The notes: a model not told the origin generated them from the sequence alone. Positions 17,243 through 25,069 are shown, numbered from the stretch's first letter. The stretch: 32,000 nt of DNA from Erysipelothrix inopinata (GCF_014396165.1 NZ_CP060715.1:2100001-2132000); one strand, 5' to 3'. Translations and numbers: made by a program.

Positions 17243-18283
17243 TTAAATCAAGACTAAGGTAACCTGGGTTAGATTTACTTTCAATCCCCCGACACTATCC
17301 CGACCATTAAGATTATTATTGATTCGACTTGTAAGGTTGAGTGATTGAGTTTGTAGTGTAATTGTTTCTGTTGTTTCAGCTAAGATGCTTTGATCTGCAT
17401 CATTTTTAAGGGTAGCTTCAATGTTTAACGAATGCTTGTCAGGAGTTTTTCCATTTAACATTTTAAATTTGAACGGTAAGTCCATAGAAACACCGGACGC
17501 TACTGGAAAGTTCCAATATCGTATTATTACAAATTCTTCTTCAATACGTACCTTTTTTTCATGCTCACTGTTCATATCTGAAATAACAAGAGATTCCACA
17601 TCTAAATAAGTTTTTGGAATTTTTATCTCAAGTGTTGCATGATTCATGGTTCCACTATCGCGTCCCAAAGACATGCCCACATACATAAGAATTTCTTCCC
17701 CAGAATAATAAGTATCTTTAGAAGCTTCAGGTTTAAGAGTAAAACGCGAAATCTTCACGGGTAAGTCTAAGTGTGTTTCATCTTGATCATCAAGAGTTGG
17801 AAGTGAAATGCGAAAAGGTTCAAACTCTTTGGAGATTGAACTCAAATCTAAAATTAAATTATCTTGATCTAAGAACTCGTCACTGAGGTGTGCACTCAGT
17901 AATATTGTTCCAGATGTTATTTTTTCCTTTAAATTTAAAGAAACACTAAGCTTATTTTCAACTAGCTGAACACCTGAATCCGATTCCTTAAGTTTTACGT
18001 TAATTAATGACTTAGGTAACGCGACTTCATAGTATGAATCGGATTCGATGGCTTTAGAAGTATCGTCATCTAAGTTCCATTTAAGTTCTATTTCTAAGTG
18101 TGCATCCTTATGGTCATCTTCAACCACATCAATTTTATACTCTTTAAATAAAGAACGCTGTAAGTCATTAATGTCTTGAGTACTATTTTTATTTTCATCT
18201 GCATAAACACTGATATTTGCTGTGAAAAGTGCCACAATTAGCGTGAAAATAAGCAAACTTCTGCTCTTTTTAAAATGCTTCAT
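17243..18283 (-). CDS. N-terminal fragment of the same adhesin (signal peptide plus ~300 aa)
   Basis: I prefer the ATG at 18283, with SD GAAGGGGA upstream, giving MKHFKKSRSLLIFTLIVALFTANISVYADE, a typical signal peptide. The track start at 18358 would overlap the sigma gene. The fragment ends in a short out-of-frame tail (LKVNLTQVTLVLI*). Confidence 0.75.
   Translation of the reverse strand: MKHFKKSRSLLIFTLIVALFTANISVYADENKNSTQDINDLQRSLFKEYKIDVVEDDHKDAHLEIELKWNLDDDTSKAIESDSYYEVALPKSLINVKLKESDSGVQLVENKLSVSLNLKEKITSGTILLSAHLSDEFLDQDNLILDLSSISKEFEPFRISLPTLDDQDETHLDLPVKISRFTLKPEASKDTYYSGEEILMYVGMSLGRDSGTMNHATLEIKIPKTYLDVESLVISDMNSEHEKKVRIEEEFVIIRYWNFPVASGVSMDLPFKFKMLNGKTPDKHSLNIEATLKNDADQSILAETTETITLQTQSLNLTSRINNNLNGRDSVGGLKVNLTQVTLVLI
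17286..17290 (-). other. G5 (C5 on plus strand) homopolymer at the junction of the two adhesin reading frames
   Basis: The two frames are both open only across 17243-17294. The G5 run is the only homopolymer there, and adding one G fuses the frames (...NGRDSVGG-IESKSNPGYLSLDLNELSFVKFAYQL...). Confidence 0.6.
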
Positions 18284-18299
18284 AGTCATCCCCTTCATC

Positions 18300-19931
18300 T
18301 CATTGATCCCAGTGTATTGCATCGTTACCCAAATAGTTTTTAAGGTTGAAGGATGCATCTTTAGAAACTGCTGATGTTACATCGAGATTATCACTTGATT
18401 CGATTGGAATCTTAACAAGTATCCCTAAGTAAACTGGTATCGTATTTGCGTCAATTTGATATTCCACATAACCATATCGATATTTTGAATCTGTACCAAT
18501 ATGAGTTGTCATTTTTCGATAAGTACTTCCTGCATCAAAAGTAAGTAAATTCCCTTCAACATCACGTTGATTTTGATTTAGATACATCTCTAATATGCTT
18601 GTGTCGGACAAGTAAGCATCTACAAAATTTTTAACATCTTTAACATATGAAATATCACCACTCGGCTTCGATGATGTGACTTGATTATTTTCTTTTAAAT
18701 TTGAAACAGTATAATCCCATGTTTTTTTCTTCAGTACATAATTTTCATGTGCTGGAGCTTGAGCCTCAAAGGAAATCGTTTCGTTATTTTTTAGTTTTGT
18801 ATTTTTATTTGAATTTATTTTAATTGATTGTAAATATTGATTTAAACCAACATCTTGAGTTGGTTTAAGGGCAAGCGCCAATACCGCATTACCACTCGTT
18901 CCAGTAATACGAATGTCTAGGTATTCGATAAGGTTAACTTCTGATTGTGTCATTAAAGTAACCGGCTCATCGGGGGAATGATGAGTTATCGTTGAATTAT
19001 TCGTAGTACTGGGGAGCGATTGATCGTCATACACTTCCTGGTTATCTGAAAGTGTATTCTCGTATGACGTTTTTGTATCGATATAAGGCAATGAGAATGG
19101 ATCATCTTGCGGCATTATCATATTCATAAACAATGTTAAGGAACAAGCAGTGACAACAAATGTCTGAACTGTCTGACTGAATTGATTTGAATTGTGCTTA
19201 AGAATTAAATTATCAGTCGCACCAGACATCGCGCCATTCAAACTCTGAGTTATGTTTTGAAAGACCATACCTGAATCAAAGGGAATTATGTTTGGAGAAG
19301 CCTTCATACCTGCTATGAAGAACACAAGTGGATTGAATCCATAGAGATGGAAGCCATCGCCTTCTGCTGCTTCTAAAAGGTGCTTAATCTTTTCTTTAGC
19401 ATACCGTAATCGGCTTTTAATTGAGTTCTCACTTACATTTAAAGATTCAGCTATTTCACGTGTCGTCATATCCTCAAAATAGAACATCATCACACATAAA
19501 CGTTGGTCTTCAGGAATTTGAAATAATACTTCTTGAATTACATTGGTAACTTCTTGGTTTCCAGCAAAAATATCAGGTCGATCAAAAGTATGAGTGTCTT
19601 TAACTTCATATGTATAATCTTGATCGGATTCTTTAACAAGATCTGTAAACAGGTTCGGTTTTTTCTTCTTTAAGAAATCCTTTGCTTTATTAGAAGCAAT
19701 ACGATTCACCCATGCTTGGAAATTATCGAGATCATCGAGTTGATCAATATTTTCAAACGCACTGATATAAGTATCTTGGACAAGGTCTTGTACAGTATGG
19801 TGATTACGTACGAGTCTCGAAATAATATAAAATACCATTTTGTGTGTTTCATTATAAAGTTCTTCAAAGTCTTTTGGTCTATCAGATTTAATACTCTTTG
19901 CATCCTTGGAAACTGACATTCTTATCCCCAT
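18300..19931 (-). CDS. ECF-type sigma-70 family factor fused to a transmembrane segment and a C-terminal extracytoplasmic domain of unknown family
   Basis: 543 aa. Region 2 reads DLVQDTYISAFENI...FQAWVNRIASNKAKDFL. The region 4 HTH reads EDMTTREIAESLNVSENSIKSRLRYAKEKI. There is no region 3. A hydrophobic helix TVQTFVVTACSLTLFMNMIM covers aa ~254-273, followed by ~270 Asn/Ser/Thr-rich residues. Confidence 0.8.
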   Translation of the reverse strand: MGIRMSVSKDAKSIKSDRPKDFEELYNETHKMVFYIISRLVRNHHTVQDLVQDTYISAFENIDQLDDLDNFQAWVNRIASNKAKDFLKKKKPNLFTDLVKESDQDYTYEVKDTHTFDRPDIFAGNQEVTNVIQEVLFQIPEDQRLCVMMFYFEDMTTREIAESLNVSENSIKSRLRYAKEKIKHLLEAAEGDGFHLYGFNPLVFFIAGMKASPNIIPFDSGMVFQNITQSLNGAMSGATDNLILKHNSNQFSQTVQTFVVTACSLTLFMNMIMPQDDPFSLPYIDTKTSYENTLSDNQEVYDDQSLPSTTNNSTITHHSPDEPVTLMTQSEVNLIEYLDIRITGTSGNAVLALALKPTQDVGLNQYLQSIKINSNKNTKLKNNETISFEAQAPAHENYVLKKKTWDYTVSNLKENNQVTSSKPSGDISYVKDVKNFVDAYLSDTSILEMYLNQNQRDVEGNLLTFDAGSTYRKMTTHIGTDSKYRYGYVEYQIDANTIPVYLGILVKIPIESSDNLDVTSAVSKDASFNLKNYLGNDAIHWDQ

Positions 19932-19933
19932 TC

Positions 19934-20077
19934 CTAATTTCCACCGTTATCCGGTTCTAACATTCTTTCAAGGGCCGCTAATATTTCTATCCACATTTGT
20001 TGGCGATAATCATCACTGACTTGGAATTCAGCAAGATCCTCTAACAATAATGCTTTAATTGCATCGTCATTCATCAT
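19934..20077 (-). CDS. 47-aa acidic hypothetical protein, first gene of the sigma/adhesin operon
   Basis: Too short for the ORF track. My translation is MMNDDAIKALLLEDLAEFQVSDDYRQQMWIEILAALERMLEPDNGGN*. A perfect AGGAGG SD sits 2-5 nt upstream of the tandem ATGs. The TAG stop lies 2 nt before the sigma-gene ATG. Confidence 0.45.
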   Translation of the reverse strand: MMNDDAIKALLLEDLAEFQVSDDYRQQMWIEILAALERMLEPDNGGN

Positions 20078-20232
20078 GGCCTCCTATCGATACACTAATA
20101 TAACGATTGGAGTTTGCAAATAGTTTTAAAAATAGTCAAAATATTTAAAATAATTACAAAATAATAACATTTAACCCTAATAGTTATTAAAATAGCATAT
20201 TTCACCTAAGGAAACACGCTTTTTGCTTGTAT

Positions 20233-20257
20233 AAAAAAAACGGTACCGAAGTACCGT
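20233..20257 (-). terminator. intrinsic terminator, probably the original rny-ymdB terminator displaced by the IS
   Basis: Minus strand reads ACGGTAC-TTCG-GTACCGT followed by T8. It lies 6 nt from the left end of the IS. Confidence 0.7.
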
Positions 20258-20263
20258 TGGCAC

Positions 20264-20284
20264 TGACCTAGTTTAGTGGGACAC
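20264..20284 (+). repeat. IS left inverted repeat
   Basis: TGACCTAGTTTAGTGGGACAC. Confidence 0.8.
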
Positions 20285-20361
20285 AATAAAAAAAGAAGCA
20301 CCTTGTATTCGTACAATCGTTGTTAGACAATGACAAGTACAATAGGAGGTGCTTTTATATT

Positions 20362-20682
20362 ATGGCTAAGAAAAACAATTATTACCCTCTAGAGGTTAAA
20401 CTAGAAGCAATCAAGCTCAAAGAAGAGGGATACAGCGTAAAAGAAATTCAGGTGATGTTAGATATTAAAAGTGAATCGCAAGTATACACTTGGTACTACT
20501 GGTATCGTGATGGTGAAATTGAGAGATTGTCACAGTCACCTGGACAACAATATAGTTATGGTCATGGACCAACTGACAGGTCGAAAGAAGAAAGTTTAGA
20601 AATTAAAAACAAAATATTGGAGAATCAAATAAAGATATTAAAAAAGTACAAAGAGAAGGAAAGGAAGTGGTACCACAAATAA
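20362..20682 (+). CDS. IS3-family transposase OrfA (HTH)
   Basis: ATG at 20362 with AGGAGG upstream, giving MAKKNNYYPLEVKLEAIKLKEEGYSVKEIQ... A leucine-zipper-like C-terminus follows. The track start at 20320 is a TTG inside the IS leader. Confidence 0.85.
   Translation: MAKKNNYYPLEVKLEAIKLKEEGYSVKEIQVMLDIKSESQVYTWYYWYRDGEIERLSQSPGQQYSYGHGPTDRSKEESLEIKNKILENQIKILKKYKEKERKWYHK
20640..20646 (+). other. programmed -1 ribosomal frameshift site A AAA AAG
   Basis: The heptamer is in the correct phase with orfA (TTA AAA AAG). Reading in the -1 frame gives KKVQREGKEVVPQIIIE..., continuous with orfB. Confidence 0.75.
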
Positions 20683-21524
20683 TCATTGAGATTGTAAATG
20701 AATTCAAGGATTTGATGCCAATTAAGTTAATTCTAGAGTTATTTGATATTCCTCGATCAACATACTACAGATGGAAAAACAAAATAGAAGTAAATGAAAT
20801 TTCTTATAATGAGAGAATAGTAATATCAAAATGCAAAGAAACGAATTATGAATATGGTTATCGTACAATAAAAGGAATACTTAAAGACGAAGGAAACCAT
20901 TTAAATAAAAATACTGTTCAGAGAATTATGCAAAAATTCAATCTACAATGTAGGGTTAAACCTAAGAAAGTTAAACACGTTAAAGGAAAAGAATCGATTG
21001 TTGCCAGTAATATAATTGATCGTGACTTTACCGCAAATCGTCCATTAGAGAAACTGTCAACGGATATTACATATCTTCCATGGGGAGAAAAAACATTATA
21101 TTTATCTACTATTATGGATCTTTATAATGGCGAAATTATTGCTTTTTCGTTGGACGATACACAGGATACAAATTTTGTGCTGGATACCTTAAATCAACTT
21201 CCTGAAATAAAGCATAGGTGTATACTTCACTCGGATCAAGGAACCGTGTATACATCAAAAATCTATCAGGAAACAGTATATAAAAAGAGCATTACCATGA
21301 GTATGTCCCGAAAAGGCACACCTGCAGATAACGCTCCAATCGAATCGTTTCATTCCACCTTAAAGTCTGAAACGTTCTATCGATATCCAGAACTGAAAAG
21401 TTCCAATGAAATTATATCACAAACTGTGATAAACTTTATTAAACATTATAACAACACACGAGTACAAGCAAAACTGGAATTTAAATCCCCGGTAAAGTAT
21501 CGAGAATCTAGAATCCTAGGTTAA
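20667..21524 (+). CDS. IS3-family transposase OrfB (DDE catalytic domain; expressed as an OrfAB fusion, 20362..21524)
   Basis: Blocks LSTDITYLPW...YLSTIMDLYNGEIIAFSL, HSDQGTVYTS and ADNAPIESFHSTLKSE give the D, D, E spacing typical of the IS3 family. Confidence 0.85.
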   Translation: MVPQIIIEIVNEFKDLMPIKLILELFDIPRSTYYRWKNKIEVNEISYNERIVISKCKETNYEYGYRTIKGILKDEGNHLNKNTVQRIMQKFNLQCRVKPKKVKHVKGKESIVASNIIDRDFTANRPLEKLSTDITYLPWGEKTLYLSTIMDLYNGEIIAFSLDDTQDTNFVLDTLNQLPEIKHRCILHSDQGTVYTSKIYQETVYKKSITMSMSRKGTPADNAPIESFHSTLKSETFYRYPELKSSNEIISQTVINFIKHYNNTRVQAKLEFKSPVKYRESRILG

Positions 21525-21536
21525 TTTTTTTTATGA

Positions 21537-21557
21537 GTGTCTCACAAAACTAGGTCA
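21537..21557 (-). repeat. IS right inverted repeat
   Basis: The reverse complement reads TGACCTAGTTTTGTGAGACAC, matching the left repeat at 19 of 21 positions. Confidence 0.8.
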
Positions 21558-21564
21558 CTTCCGT

Positions 21565-22332
21565 TTAACCAATTTGTATACGTTCAATTTTTTCGGATTT
21601 CATCGTTTCATCATTCACAGTTACGACAACTGCATTGATGAAGGATTCACCCTTCGCAACCGTATAGTATGTTTTTTCTTGAAGAATTACATTTTCGTAT
21701 ATCTCTTCAACATCGCGTCCAATGATACTATCTTTCGCACCACACATACCAACATCTGTAATATAAGCGACTTGACCAATCAAGCGCTCATCTGCAGTTT
21801 GAACATGAGTATGTGTTCCGACACAAACATCAATATCATTTTGGTATACATGAGCAAACAGCATTTTTTCACTGGTGGACTCAGCATGGAAGTCAACGAA
21901 ATAGAAATCACAGTTTGTATTTTCAAGAAGTTCATCCATGAATGGATAAGGGCTTCCCCCAACTCGATTCATAAATGCTTCACCATACATATTTGCTACA
22001 CAGACTGATTTTCCTTTAACATCAAAAATCTTGTAGTAGTTCCCAAACTCAACCGGTTCAATATTTGCTGGAACCAATAGATTCGGACAATACTCATAGT
22101 CATCGAATATTTCTCTTTTAGCAAAGGTATGATTTCCCATCGTAATACATTCAACACCAGCTTCAGTGAGTTGATTGTATATCTTACGAGTAATCCCTTT
22201 CCCATGCGCAGCATTTTCACCATTCGCTATGGTAAAATCAATGTCATATTTTTCCTTCATCATAGGTAAGTGGTCGACAACAATTTGTCGACCACTCGCT
22301 CCTACGATATCACCTATAAACAAAATCTTCAT
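21565..22332 (-). CDS. ymdB: 2',3'-cyclic-nucleotide 2'-phosphodiesterase YmdB (metallophosphoesterase)
   Basis: 255 aa. MKILFIGDIVGASGR...ANGENAAHGKGIT...MGNHTF. The ATG overlaps the rny stop by 1 nt (TAATG). Synteny with rny matches Bacillus. Confidence 0.9.
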   Translation of the reverse strand: MKILFIGDIVGASGRQIVVDHLPMMKEKYDIDFTIANGENAAHGKGITRKIYNQLTEAGVECITMGNHTFAKREIFDDYEYCPNLLVPANIEPVEFGNYYKIFDVKGKSVCVANMYGEAFMNRVGGSPYPFMDELLENTNCDFYFVDFHAESTSEKMLFAHVYQNDIDVCVGTHTHVQTADERLIGQVAYITDVGMCGAKDSIIGRDVEEIYENVILQEKTYYTVAKGESFINAVVVTVNDETMKSEKIERIQIG

Positions 22333-23891
22333 TACTTCGCAATCTCCTGAGCACGAAGTTCACGGATAACATTCACTTTAATTTGACCTGGATAAGTTAG
22401 TTTTTCTTCGATTTCTTCACGAATTTCTCGTGCTAACTTAACGGTTTCGAGATCACTTACTGCATCGGGAATAACCATAACACGGAGTTCACGACCCGCT
22501 TGGATTGCGAATGCACGTTGTACGCCTTCTCGAGTCGTAGCGATAGCTTCAAGTTCTTCGAGTCTTTGAATGTAGTTTTCAAAGCTTTCGAAACGTGCTC
22601 CTGGTCGTGCAGCACTTAATGTATCTGCAGCAGCAACTAAGACAGCAATAGCACTTGTAGCTTCTGTATCACCATGGTGAGATGCAATCGCGTTGATAAC
22701 CACCGGATGTTCGTTATGCTTCTTAGCAAGACGCACTCCCAATTCAACGTGAGATCCTTCCATTTCAAAATCTAAACCTTTTCCAATATCATGTAAGAGA
22801 CCTGCACGTTTTGCAAGTTTTTGATTTAAGCCAAGTTCAGCTGCCATCATTCCTGCAAGGTTTGCAACCTCAATACTGTGGGCCAAAGCATTTTGACCAT
22901 AGCTATAACGATATTTCAAACGTCCTAATACCGTTACAATTTCTTTATCCATCTTACTGATACCTAAATCAAATAAGGTATCTTGACCTGTTTTTTGAAT
23001 GACTTGATAGAGTTCTTTACGCGATTTATCTACAACTTCCTCAATACGTCCTGGTTGAATGCGACCATCCACCATGAGTGTTTCAAGTGACATTCGTGCG
23101 ATTTCACGACGAATTGGATCAAAACATGAAAGTGTAATTATTTCTGGAGTATCATCAATTAAGAGATCCACACCCGTAGCATTTTCAAATGCACGAATGT
23201 TACGACCTTCACGACCAATAATACGTCCCTTCATTTCTTCACTTGGTAGTGTAACCACTGAAGATGTTCTTTGCGTAGTTTCTTCTTGTGCATAACGTGA
23301 AATAGCCAAAGAGATTATGTTTCTTGCGACGTCTTCAGCTCTTTGATGAGCCATCTCTTCACGATCACGAATATATGCGAGTACTTCTTGTTCCATTTGT
23401 TTTTCAACAATATCAAAAAGTTCTTCTTTAGCTTCAGATGCTGGCATGGAAGCAATTCTTTCAAGCTCTTGTAACTGAACTTCAGTACGTTCACTTAAAA
23501 CTTGTTCCATCTTTGTAAGTTCGAGACTCTTTGAATCCAGTTCTCGTTCTTTATGCAACATTTCTTTATCACGAATTACAAGATTAGCATCACGATTGTT
23601 TAAGTTTTCTTCACGACGATCTAATTTTCTTTCATATTCTTGCATTTCATGTTGTTGATTCTTAAGTTCTTTTTCAGCATTTAGCTTAATTTCATAGGCT
23701 TGCGTTTTAGCTTCTAGTTGTGCTTGACGCATTGAAGTTTCAGCTTTTTCTTCTGCTTCTTTAATGATGTTTTTTGATAATTCTTTAGAACGATTTAAGC
23801 CATTTTTGTTGATAACGACCATCGCAAGAATCGTTACCACTAAAACTATAATACCGGTCGAGATGGAATATAGTAGAATTGTTGTATTCAT
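22332..23891 (-). CDS. rny: ribonuclease Y
   Basis: 519 aa. N-terminal TM helix and a coiled-coil region. KH domain (GRIIGREGRNIRAFE) and HD domain (AGLLHDIGKG). Confidence 0.95.
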   Translation of the reverse strand: MNTTILLYSISTGIIVLVVTILAMVVINKNGLNRSKELSKNIIKEAEEKAETSMRQAQLEAKTQAYEIKLNAEKELKNQQHEMQEYERKLDRREENLNNRDANLVIRDKEMLHKERELDSKSLELTKMEQVLSERTEVQLQELERIASMPASEAKEELFDIVEKQMEQEVLAYIRDREEMAHQRAEDVARNIISLAISRYAQEETTQRTSSVVTLPSEEMKGRIIGREGRNIRAFENATGVDLLIDDTPEIITLSCFDPIRREIARMSLETLMVDGRIQPGRIEEVVDKSRKELYQVIQKTGQDTLFDLGISKMDKEIVTVLGRLKYRYSYGQNALAHSIEVANLAGMMAAELGLNQKLAKRAGLLHDIGKGLDFEMEGSHVELGVRLAKKHNEHPVVINAIASHHGDTEATSAIAVLVAAADTLSAARPGARFESFENYIQRLEELEAIATTREGVQRAFAIQAGRELRVMVIPDAVSDLETVKLAREIREEIEEKLTYPGQIKVNVIRELRAQEIAK

Positions 23892-24021
23892 CTTATTCCT
23901 CTTCCTTCTTTAAATCATTATATTAGTTTCCTAACATATATATAATACTGTATTTAGCACATTTTCACAAGAACTAAATCATGACCACTCGGTTCATGAA
24001 ACCACTTCCAACCAAGAAGGC

Positions 24022-24047
24022 AAAGAAAAACAAAGCATTACGCTTTG
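24022..24047 (-). terminator. possible recA terminator
   Basis: Minus strand reads CAAAGC-GTAAT-GCTTTG followed by TTTTTCTTT. The recA TAA stop lies in the loop. The stem is only 6 bp. Confidence 0.4.
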
Positions 24048-25069
24048 TCTTTTGTTTCTTCAATATTTTCACTATCTCTTTTTGGCATGATGCGCTCACG
24101 AATTTGTGATGCAATTTCTTCCGTAATCTCAGGATTATTTTCTAAGAATACACGAACTGCTTCGCGTCCTTGACCAATTTTTTCATCTTTGTATGAATAC
24201 CATGATCCACTCTTATTAATAAGATCAAAGTCTACACCCATATCAATGACTTCACCTAAGTAACTAATTCCTTTACCATAGATAATTTCAACTTGGACTG
24301 CTTTAAATGGTGGAGCAACCTTGTTTTTAACAACTTTAATATTTGCTTTATTACCAACAATGTCACTACCCTGTTTAATTTGTTCAGAACGACGAATATC
24401 AAGACGAACGGATGAATAGAATTTCAACGCGCGACCACCTGGTGTTGTTTCAGGGTTACCAAACATAATCCCTACTTTTTCACGTAATTGGTTAATGAAG
24501 ATTGCGGTACAATTACCACGGTTCATCCCACCAGATAACTTACGCATTGCTTTTGACATCATACGTGCTTGAAGCCCTACTTGAGCATCAGACATCTCAC
24601 CATCAAGCTCAGCTTGCGGAACAAGAGCAGCTACCGAGTCAACAACAATAAGATCAACAGCACCACTTCGAACCAAGACATCCACAATTTCAAGACCTTG
24701 TTCACCACTATCAGGTTGACTCAAGATTAATTCATCAATGTTAACGCCTAAGTTGCGAGCATAAATGGGATCAATCGCGTTTTCCGCATCAATAAATGCA
24801 GCTTTTCCGCCAGCTTTTTGTACTTCAGCAATAGCATGTAATGCAAGTGTTGTTTTCCCACTTGATTCAGGTCCATATATTTCTATAATACGACCCTTAG
24901 GATAGCCACCTATACCCAATGCTGCATCCAAGCTCAATGATCCTGAACTGATTGCATCAACATCAACAGCGGAGCGTTCTCCTAATTTCATAATGGAACC
25001 TTTACCAAATTGTTTCTCAATTTGTTTTATTGCATCATCTAAATCTTTGTCTCTTTTATTTTGTTCCAT
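24038..25069 (-). CDS. recA: recombinase RecA
   Basis: Walker [10 protein letters not shown] and highly conserved RecA blocks throughout. I prefer the ATG at 25069 (MEQNKR...) because the SD GAAGGAG ends immediately at the track ATG at 25075 (0-nt spacing) but 6 nt before 25069. Confidence 0.95.
   Translation of the reverse strand: MEQNKRDKDLDDAIKQIEKQFGKGSIMKLGERSAVDVDAISSGSLSLDAALGIGGYPKGRIIEIYGPESSGKTTLALHAIAEVQKAGGKAAFIDAENAIDPIYARNLGVNIDELILSQPDSGEQGLEIVDVLVRSGAVDLIVVDSVAALVPQAELDGEMSDAQVGLQARMMSKAMRKLSGGMNRGNCTAIFINQLREKVGIMFGNPETTPGGRALKFYSSVRLDIRRSEQIKQGSDIVGNKANIKVVKNKVAPPFKAVQVEIIYGKGISYLGEVIDMGVDFDLINKSGSWYSYKDEKIGQGREAVRVFLENNPEITEEIASQIRERIMPKRDSENIEETKDKA

Larger units (their letters stand above)
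20264..21557 (+). mobile_element. IS3-family insertion sequence (1294 bp)
   Basis: TG...CA termini. The inverted repeats match at 19 of 21 positions. orfA and orfB overlap in the 0/-1 frames with an A AAA AAG slippery site. orfB carries the DDE transposase blocks. Confidence 0.9.

Noticed and set aside
18284-18358. Longer start for the adhesin N-terminal ORF (MHPSTLKTIWV...)
   Set aside because: It would overlap the sigma gene by 59 nt and would put 25 non-signal residues before an obvious signal peptide. The ATG at 18283 has an SD.
19706-19916. 65- and 66-aa ORFs on both strands within the sigma gene 5' region
   Set aside because: They are alternative-frame or antisense ORFs inside a region that encodes recognisable sigma-70 region 2.
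20258-21563. Target-site duplication flanking the IS
   Set aside because: I looked for 3-5 bp direct repeats and found none: the left flank is GGCAC and the right flank is CTTCC. The absence is reported as a finding instead.
21574-22369. Several plus- and minus-strand ORFs of 60-144 aa overlapping ymdB
   Set aside because: They are shadow ORFs, whereas ymdB has clear metallophosphoesterase motifs. The same reasoning applies to 23059-23295 in rny and to 25854-26174 and 25967-26158 in rodZ.
23892-24037. Structured element or strong terminator in the recA-rny spacer
   Set aside because: Apart from the weak 6-bp hairpin at the recA stop, only an imperfect stem (CATGAACC...GGTCATG) is present. 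This is not enough to call a feature.
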